Assembly (NCBI GenBank): GCA_009859145.1
Contig: VRVR01000051.1
Span: 64,549-128,548, forward strand
DNA: 64,000 bases
Direction: 5' to 3'
DNA from: Andalucia godoyi And28
Lineage: Eukaryota > Protista > Jakobida
Shown here: in pieces, positions 1-8,100 of the stretch
How the letters are laid out: each line of letters opens with the position of its first letter
Numbering within the stretch: the first letter of the stretch is position 1
The notes under the pieces: model-generated
The model's input: only the letters and a program-made list of their open reading frames with translations
The model's database searches: none
Told to the model about the DNA's origin: nothing
Made by a program: the position numbers and the translations under genes

Positions 1-819
1 CGTCTTCCCCAGTAATGGCTTGGAGGCACCCACGGAATCGGCCATGGAGCTTCTGAATCGCTGCGTCGTGTACGTTCCTCCGATGATGTACCCGTGTCGA
101 GGACTGCTGCAAGCGCTGTTGGTAGCGCTGTTGGTGGTGCTGTTGAAATTGCTCACTTCCGAGGCACATATGCTCACTCTGCTCTCCGCACGCGACGGAA
201 TCACAGATCCACCAGGCGCAGTACTTTGCAATCCGCCCGCCTTTGAATGCGACAGCGAGCAGTTCTTCAGCGGTGTTGGATCCAGCGGCTTGTGCTGCTG
301 CTGCTGCTGCTGCTGCGGGTTACTGTGATGAAACGACCTGTTCAAGTCTATTGGACTAGCGCTCGATGCTGTTGCAGATCTCGGAACAACAATCCTGGAC
401 GACAATGATGATGGCGGCTGCTGATACTGTGTCTTGCCCTTGTTGCTGTTATTGTCGTTGTTGCTCGAAGATCGGTCTTCAAGTAGCTTGCTGATGGCAG
501 CGTCCATGACATCTGGCTTTCGGTCATTCTCGTTTGCCGATCCAAACTTCCCGTTGCTCTTTGACGGCAACAGCGACGACGGCATGCTCAGTCCCGACAG
601 TGCCGCCGTGACGGAAAGAAACGCCGTGGCGGCTGTTAGCTGGGTCGTTGTTGAGGTCTCTGCCTTGTTTGCACTGGCATTCGTTGTAATTCGGAACGGT
701 GAATAGTCACTCGACACATTCGATCGATAAGGAGCCGATAACGGACGAGCAGTCGGCCGAAACGCTCGACGAGCCGCATCCGGCGGCACCATCTGTTCCT
801 CAAAGACTTGCTTCTTCAT
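1..819 (-). CDS. 5' part of a low-complexity Ser/Asn/Gln-rich hypothetical protein, running off the window edge
   Basis: Manual translation: ATG at 819 (MKKQVFEEQMVPPDAARR...) stays open to base 1 (about 273 aa, includes a poly-Q tract). The + strand ORFs 20..328 and 434..706 are its antisense shadows. Confidence 0.6.
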   Translation of the reverse strand, partial: MKKQVFEEQMVPPDAARRAFRPTARPLSAPYRSNVSSDYSPFRITTNASANKAETSTTTQLTAATAFLSVTAALSGLSMPSSLLPSKSNGKFGSANENDRKPDVMDAAISKLLEDRSSSNNDNNSNKGKTQYQQPPSSLSSRIVVPRSATASSASPIDLNRSFHHSNPQQQQQQQHKPLDPTPLKNCSLSHSKAGGLQSTAPGGSVIPSRAESRVSICASEVSNFNSTTNSATNSACSSPRHGYIIGGTYTTQRFRSSMADSVGASKPLLGKT

Positions 820-975
820 TAAACAAGCATTCACAGGGTGGACTGTGTTTATCCATACGCAATAAAGCAAGGATCGGGGTGACTGTACGTAGACACTATT
901 ACTTCAATCGTCTGTTCTTCCTTTGTCTTCAGGATATCCGTCTTCTCACTGCTGACTTTCCTGAGGGGAATGCGG

Positions 976-1585
976 AATAATAACACGTCATTGTCATGCA
1001 TACAAAAAGAATACATAAACCGACACGGTCAAAACTGGCCGACACTAGCACGTTTGTTTCACAGGGAATCCGTGCTTACGCACGCTCGGCCAGAATTCAT
1101 TAGGTAACACATTTTCGACATTATTTAAGGCAGCATCCGTAGCCATCTATTCTATCATTCGTTGGTTTCACTTTTTTATTCAAATATGGGCGTGAGTGCG
1201 CTGGGATGACGCATTCGCCTACGCCTACGCCGCCCGATGCAGGGCCTCCTAGGTCCCGCAGACCTCCTAAGAGACAACGTGTCACTACGCCTACCACCTC
1301 TTCCTACTCTCGTATCTCCAGTTGCATCAATCGCTGCAACTGAGGACACGAAAGCGCCTGCTGCTAGGGCCGTCAGAATCAAAAAAATGCACGCTTCTCA
1401 GGAACAACGTGTCACGCTGAGAAAGTGGCTCACCGATTGATCGAGATTGGGAACGGAGCGCGGAGCATTTATCTAAAGAGCGCCGTGAGGCGTGTTGGGG
1501 GCCGATCCCCTTCCCGGCAACGCGATGCAAGATTGAATATGCATGTCTATTCGTAGATATGCATGCTCAGTGTATAATGCAGGCG
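976..1585 (+). mobile_element. Non-autonomous Fanzor2/TnpB-derived element, copy A (internally deleted)
   Basis: Dispersed repeat of 61585-62321. Encodes RAVRIKKMHASQEQRVTLRKWL (1369-1431; TnpB/Fanzor N-terminal 'IRLYPT.EQ..L..W'-like) fused to IDRDW/NGARSIYLK (1436-1478; RuvC-III, frameshifted), followed by hairpins and the right end GTGTATAATGCAGGCG. Confidence 0.8.
1479..1585 (+). ncRNA. Putative omegaRNA scaffold of copy A
   Basis: Hairpin CGCC-GTGA-GGCG (1481-1492), GGGG/CCCC stem, and terminal hairpin GCATGTCTA-TTCG-TAGATATGC (1541-1562). Lies downstream of RuvC-III as expected for TnpB/Fanzor omegaRNA. Expression not shown. Confidence 0.5.
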
Positions 1586-1846
1586 TTGTACTGGATCGGC
1601 AGATCGTTCAGCTCATTTATCGTTCCAGTGTGGTGACGTTGATGGTCCGACCGAATCGACAACCTTCGACCAGAATGCACGATAAGCGTACATGCACGAT
1701 AACCGTTCTTTCGCTCTTGGGAAAGGATCCGTCCTATCGGTGTGTCCCGACCTATGATCATTTACTTTCTTCTTTGATGTGGCATTAATTATATTATTAG
1801 TGTATTTTAAATTCTCGGTGATTTGAGGTTGAGAGGTATAGAAGCC

Positions 1847-4270
1847 ATGGGCAAGCGAGACATGGCGCGTGAGAATGGGATTCGCGGAGATCGGAATTGG
1901 AAGAAGTCCAAGAAGATGCGCAAGGCGGAGCGTGCGAAGAGTGGCGGCGATGCGGAAGAGCCGCAGCCGTACGTGTCTCGTGTTGGGAATGGGTGGTCGC
2001 TGACGACAGCTGCGAACGAGCGTTTTGAGCGGTACTATCGCGAGCAGAAGTGGATGAGTGAGGAGGAGTTTGGAGTGTTTATGAGTACTCTGCGCACCCC
2101 GCTTCCTGTTTCGTGGAGGTTCCATGCGAATGCTGCCGGGTGTGCGCAGACCGTGCAGCTGATGAAGGAGCATTTTATCCGAAGAATGGGGGATGTGAAG
2201 GTTGACGGCCACGCGATTGCACAGCCTTATGCGCTGCCGTGGTATCCACAGGAAGATTATGCATGGCAATTTGCGATTTCTCGGACACAGCTCCGACAGA
2301 GCTTGCTGCTGAAGGAGTTCCACCAGTTTCTTGCGCATGAAACAAACTCGGGAATGCTCTCGAGGCAAGAACAGGTGTCCATGATCCCTGCACATTTTTT
2401 GACGATTGAACCGTCGCATAAGATTCTGGATGTATGTGCAGCTCCGGGATCCAAGACGGCGCAGCTGATGGAGCTTCTAGTGGAAAAGGCAACGCCGGAG
2501 AACCCGGTTACCGGGTTTGTGGTTGCGAATGACGCAAATGTGCAGAGATGCTACTTGCTGTCACACCAGACCCAGCGGCTTTCCAGGCTGTTTCCGTACC
2601 TGATCATCACGAACGAAGACGCTGCAAACATTCCGACCTTTACACAACTCGATGGATCTGAGCTGCGGTTTGATTCTATTTTGTGCGACGTTGTTTGTTC
2701 TGGAGACGGAACGCTGCGAAAGAGCCCCGACCTCTGGGCAAGATGGTCACCGGCAATGGCAAACGGCATTCACCTGGAGCAGGTTCGAATTGCTCGACGA
2801 GCTTTGCATCTGCTGAAGGTCGGAGGCGAGCTTGTCTACTCCACGTGCTCGATGAATCCAGTCGAAGACGAAGCCGTGCTTGCAGAGCTGCTCAGAGAGT
2901 ACAAGGGCGCCATTGAACTGGTGGATTGTTCCCACATGTTCCCTGCGCTGAAGCGATGGAAGGGCGTTTCCACGTGGGTGAACACGGACAGGGAAGCGAG
3001 ACGTACGTTTACCTCCTTCGAGACTCTTCCAGAGGATGTCAAGGTGTCGCAAAAGAGGTATCCTAGATCCGTCTTCCCGCCATCGGAAGAAGAGAGTTCG
3101 TGGATGCATTTGGACCGATGCATGAGGTTTCTGCCGCACTTCCAGGACACTGGTGGATTCTTTGTTGCAAAGTTGCGAAAGACTGCAGAACTCAACCCTT
3201 CGCGCGCGGAGCGCAAGATGAAGTATCTTGCTCACAGGAAGGTGGAAGAAGAATGTGGGGCTACCGCGGCTGATGCTGAGGTCGCCATGGAAGGCGGTCC
3301 CGATGGGGCTGACGCTGGACTTGAAGAGGAAGGTAGTGCCGGTGGTGCCGGTGTTGCGATTCCCAACGAAGGAGACGTCGATAATTATAACCGCGATGCT
3401 GATGATGATGATGATGATAATGATAATGATAATGACGGTGATGACGTAGTCGTTGAAGGTGTGGAAGGTGCTGGCGAGCCAAAGACCGGAGAACATATGG
3501 GAGAAGCAGATGTCGAAAAGTTGCATTGCCGTCAGCTGTGGTCGCTGATGTTCAGAGGTGTTCCTGATGATCGCTGGGCGGTACTGCAGAAGCGATTTGG
3601 ATTCCCGGATTCGCTGCGTGCGAACCTCTTGTTCCGTGGTAATTTCAAGGAACAAAAGCTTCGTGGAATCTGCTATGTCGCGTCCGCCGTTCGGTCGATT
3701 TTGGAAGCGAACGAGAAAATGAGACGGGACAACCAGAAGCATCGAGCAGGTCAGTGGGATGTTATTGCGGCTGGCCTCTTTTCTCTCGACAATCACAACT
3801 CGATGAAGTTTGAAGGCAACGAGCGATTCACGCATGACGCTGTCCCCATCTTCGCGCCGCAGATACGAAAGGAGTTTATCGTGCGCATTCCTTGGACCGA
3901 TTTTCTGCGCTTCGTCGACGAAGGAACGCTTCGTTTGGATAGCTGTCTCCCGCGATCCAAAGAAGCATTTGATGCACTTCCTCTCGGTGCGTTCATCGGA
4001 GTTCCCGAATCCACTGATGACGTGAATGCGAAGTTCCCTGCCGTCGAGGACTGGATTAAAATGGGTATGTACGTGTCCTTGGCGAAGAACGTCGGGGCTG
4101 TTCATGCGTATCTTTCTAAAGATGTGCGAGATGTGTTCAAGTACCGCATGGCAATGTTCACGGGCATTCCAGTTCCAAATCAAATCTCTGAAGAACGAGA
4201 GAAAATCGAGGCTCTTCTGCGACAAGAACAACAATCCCAAGATCCTGTTGCTGCCGCTCCTGCTCCGTAG
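1847..4270 (+). CDS. NSUN2: tRNA (cytosine-C5)-methyltransferase NSUN2/Trm4, with an acidic insertion
   Basis: Motifs ILDVCAAPGSKTAQL, ILCDVVCSGDGTLRK, LVYSTCSMNPVEDEAV and RFLPHFQDTGGFFVAKL. First ATG at 1847. Confidence 0.92.
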   Translation: MGKRDMARENGIRGDRNWKKSKKMRKAERAKSGGDAEEPQPYVSRVGNGWSLTTAANERFERYYREQKWMSEEEFGVFMSTLRTPLPVSWRFHANAAGCAQTVQLMKEHFIRRMGDVKVDGHAIAQPYALPWYPQEDYAWQFAISRTQLRQSLLLKEFHQFLAHETNSGMLSRQEQVSMIPAHFLTIEPSHKILDVCAAPGSKTAQLMELLVEKATPENPVTGFVVANDANVQRCYLLSHQTQRLSRLFPYLIITNEDAANIPTFTQLDGSELRFDSILCDVVCSGDGTLRKSPDLWARWSPAMANGIHLEQVRIARRALHLLKVGGELVYSTCSMNPVEDEAVLAELLREYKGAIELVDCSHMFPALKRWKGVSTWVNTDREARRTFTSFETLPEDVKVSQKRYPRSVFPPSEEESSWMHLDRCMRFLPHFQDTGGFFVAKLRKTAELNPSRAERKMKYLAHRKVEEECGATAADAEVAMEGGPDGADAGLEEEGSAGGAGVAIPNEGDVDNYNRDADDDDDDNDNDNDGDDVVVEGVEGAGEPKTGEHMGEADVEKLHCRQLWSLMFRGVPDDRWAVLQKRFGFPDSLRANLLFRGNFKEQKLRGICYVASAVRSILEANEKMRRDNQKHRAGQWDVIAAGLFSLDNHNSMKFEGNERFTHDAVPIFAPQIRKEFIVRIPWTDFLRFVDEGTLRLDSCLPRSKEAFDALPLGAFIGVPESTDDVNAKFPAVEDWIKMGMYVSLAKNVGAVHAYLSKDVRDVFKYRMAMFTGIPVPNQISEEREKIEALLRQEQQSQDPVAAAPAP

Positions 4271-4409
4271 CCTTCAGTTTCCCCAGTATTCGTTTTTCCC
4301 CCTTTCTTTAAAAAGAATAGTACACACCAGCATGCCTTGATTTCTGTTGCCGCTTGCCACAATCAACCTCCGAGTCCTGTTGGTCTCTCCGCGTTCTCGC
4401 CAATCACCA

Positions 4410-4657
4410 CGCCTACATTGTGCACTAATCCACGGATAATCATCGCTGATCACCCATAATCCATGTTGCAACCCAAACAACATGCATAATGCAACGCGGC
4501 TGCGTGTTTATATAGGGATTTCATGATCAAAATGGGGCGAAACGAATCGGGCATCGTGTGACGGAGCTGTAAAGATAGCAAACACATGCGCACGGCGCGT
4601 GGCAGTGTTTTTGTTTGCGTGCGCTTTAGATTGCTTCATCATATCGCAATAACTGGC
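4410..4657 (-). mobile_element. Minimal (about 250 bp) MITE-like derivative of the Fanzor-type element, copy C
   Basis: Both ends match copy D (25511-26110), including an identical 45-bp block (4522-4566 = 25973-26017). About 355 bp of D's interior is missing. Keeps hairpin ATGGGTGATCA-GCGA-TGATTATCCGT and right end GTGCACAATGTAGGCG. Confidence 0.75.
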
Positions 4658-5105
4658 AACGGCACAAATCATCACGGCAAAAAGGGCTCCCGATTGGAGA
4701 CAGAAATGTCGCAGCAGATTTTGTGAGTTTGATCTGCACTGAAATGACATTTTGATTGCACAGAACTGTTTTGTCGTTTTCTTCGACAGTGGATGACGGA
4801 GAATCGAGGTGCCATGAAAGCGTTGTCGTCGCCCACAAAGCTGTGTTTCACTTTTGTGTTGTTTCGAACAGGTAGTGAACCAGCGGACACGCATCTTCTT
4901 TTCAGTCGACAGCGGACATCCGACATAATTCGGGTGCACTGTAATGCACCGAAGTGCAGTGCACGCGTGATAGCCGAATACAATCACACCTCGGTGCTGC
5001 TGGAGATCAAAACCGAAAACATACTACTTCTCATTCTTGGGCCGTTGCAGCAACAACAAAACAAAAAACAAAAAAAACAGAGCGCTCGCAAATAGAAAGA
5101 AAGTC

Positions 5106-8100
5106 ATGTCAAACGGCAGACCACCAAATGAGCGCATGTCTGTTCCGGGGCTTCCTCCCTTACCGGCATTTCGGTTTTCAGATCTTAAAAGCACTCCTTC
5201 TGCGCCACCGCCACCATCATCACCCCTGCCATTGTCCGGTACTCTAGAAGCAGCTGCTCCCGGCCGTCCAAAGAACCCCTTGACAGAGGACATTGGTCCA
5301 TTGCTGCCTTTGAGTAGGTCTCCCTTTTCTAGAGATCCAATGCCGCAGCCTCTGGCAATGAAATCGCCGACGGCCAAATCGAGTGCGAGCCCCTTCGCTA
5401 CTTCTGGTGGTTCGTTTGTGGAGGATGGTAGTAGGAATGCTCCTGCGACGAATCCGGTGGCAGGAGCGAAGGGCCTCGAATCGATCGCCGGAAGTTCTCG
5501 TGCTCTTGAGCCGATCCATGTCTATTTCAAGATGAACAGGTTCCACAAAGTAGTTCTCGCGACGAATGCTGGTATTCTGCTGTTCTGCTTGATTTCCTCT
5601 TTCATTGTGCTGTACTATGTTGGAGCCAAGAGAGTCGATGGAGACGTTGTTTTCGAAAACTCGGTCAAGGTCCAAAATGACCTGGCAGTGTCGGGCGTTG
5701 CGTCGTTTTCCGAACTACATGTTAACGGCCCTCTCTTTCTAGATGATGCGTCGTTGGGAGCAAACCAACTCTTCTTGCAGAAAAACCTTACTGTATACGG
5801 GGGATCGCTGTTTTCGGGTCCTGTGGACATTCGCAGTGGAATGAACATTGCTTCTTCAGCAACGTCCACGTTTGAAGGTCCCGTTGCCGTTGAAGGATTG
5901 ATGTCTGCCACGTCTCTTATCGTTCCACATCAGCTAACCGTAGGGGCAAATTTAACAGTAGAGAAGGACGCGTCCGTAGGAATGCTTCATGCTGCGACCC
6001 TCGAGCTGGATGGCAGCTTGGCACTGAACGGATCCATGCACATATCGGCGAATCTGACGGTTGTCGGTGCGACCAACTTCTTTGGCGGCCTCGTTGCTTC
6101 TGGCCCCTCTTTTCTGGTGCTCTCAAACGAGACGCTGTTCCAAGGAAGCGTTAGAATTACGAGCTCAAACTTTTCTGTACGAGGATCCTCTACACTAAAC
6201 GGCTCTTTGGCAGTCAAGAACTCGGTAACGCTGTCAGACTCTTTGCTGATTGGAAATCAATGGGCTACGAGCCCGTCTCTGTCTGTGAATGCCTCGCAGT
6301 TCTTGTTCATTGCACCAAAGGCGACATTCCTGGTGAATGCATCGTCTGTTTTCGACGGCCGCGTTCGGCTGAGCGCCCCAGCTCTCTTTCAGTCCTCGAT
6401 ATCCATTGAGGGATCGCTCAATGTCAGCGGTTCCTCGTTTTTCGCAGATTCGGTTGTTGTGAACGGCTCCGTTTCTGCTTCTGGCTCGCTGGCTGTCAGC
6501 GGCGATGCAACGGTGGGCGGCTCCGTTGTCGTCAAAGGGTTCGCGTCCGTGAACGACGATTTGCGAGTCGGAGGAATGATGAAGTGCGAAGGACCCCTGA
6601 GTGTCGGGCGGAACTTGTCTGTTGCAAACACCGCACAAGTCGCGCAGGATGTGATCATTCTTGGAAATTTGATTGTGCGCCGAAATATGACTGTCGAAGG
6701 ATCCCAAGACGTGTATGACCAAGTTATTCGAAATCTGGGGTTTGGTCGGTTTTCAGGACTGCGTGTGGACGGAAGCTCGATCCTCAACGGCTCTGTCACA
6801 GTCAGTGGATCTTCCCTGTTTTCCGGGAACGTATCTGTTGCGGGTCCGTTTTCATCGACTGGAACAGCGTCATTTTCAGGGCCGGTGACCCTGCGATCCG
6901 GGCTGTTCATATCCTCCGGTTCGCTTTCTCTCCTCAAGAATTCGAAACTGCTCGTGTCTGGAAATATGAGTGTGTATGGAAACAGCCAATTTTCAGGGTC
7001 GCTGACTGTCAATAACACATTTTCTGTGGCCTCCGACGTGTCGGTGGATGGACAATTGACTGTCGGTCGTTCCGTGCTGGTTTCTGGAAGTGCGGTGATC
7101 ACAGGAACGCTTTCCGCAGAATCTGGGTTTTTCGTGAACAATGTCTCTGTTCACGGATACGTGAACGTTTCGAACGGGCTGACGGTGATGAACGACGTCA
7201 TCCTTGCGAATGGCAGTCTGCTAGTAGGTAAGAATTTGTCGGTCCAAGGAAACGCGACGTTTGTAGATACTGTCTTTCTTGATTCCAGACTGACAGTCCG
7301 AGGACCATCAACATTTTCGTCTGCCGTGGCAGTTCTTGGGCCTGTAGTCATTTCCAACAATTCGCTAACCGTCAATGGCGTGCTGTCTGTGAATGGCTCG
7401 GTGAACGTGGAAAGAGACGTCACTCTTCGCGGAGACTTTGTGTTCGTCGGGCACTCTCTTCTTGTCAGCGGGGTTACTGGGCTGAACAGCTCCACATCTG
7501 TGACCGGAAACCTCAGTGTCGCTGGTCTTGGTCGGTTTTCTGGAGGTGTAGAGGTGACTGGTGTTCTCAGTACCGTGCAATTGAATGTATCAGGCTCGTT
7601 GAGCGTTTCTGGGACAGTTGTGATCGGTGGGTCGACAACCATCTCTTCGTCGCTGTTTGTCCAGAATTCGTCCACCGTGGGTGGGCTCCTCACGGTGCTG
7701 GGCAGCTTAAATGTGACAGACCGTGCTGTTTTTGACAGCCAAGTGTTCATCAAAGGAGGACTGTTTGTGCACTCAAACACGACGTTTTATCGGAACGTCT
7801 CTGTGGCGGGGTCCTTGTCGATCTTCGCAGCTGCGTACTTTGGCGATCTAACAGTCGTCACCGGTACCATGATAGTTCCTCGGTTGAATGTCTCTTCCGT
7901 TGCGATCTTTCATGGCGCGTTGACCGTGGGAGGAGATGTGGTTTTGGACGGGCTCCTGCAAGCAGGAAGTGGCTGTGTGGTGTCAAATTCTCTGCAAACC
8001 CTCGGCCCCATGACTGTGAACGGGTCACAAACTGTGACGGGCAGCATTACTGTCGGCAACTCGCTTTTCGCGAATGTAGGAAATTTCTCGGGGAGCCTTT

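Noticed and set aside
976-1585. Tc1/mariner- or hAT-type MITE interpretation of the dispersed repeats
   Set aside because: No terminal inverted repeats or target-site duplications found; the ends are asymmetric.
2747-4240. 497-aa minus-strand ORF and many other 60-300 aa ORFs overlapping long genes (e.g. 20131-21036 Gly-rich, 6389-7141)
   Set aside because: Antisense or off-frame shadows of well-supported CDSs; they carry no independent motifs.
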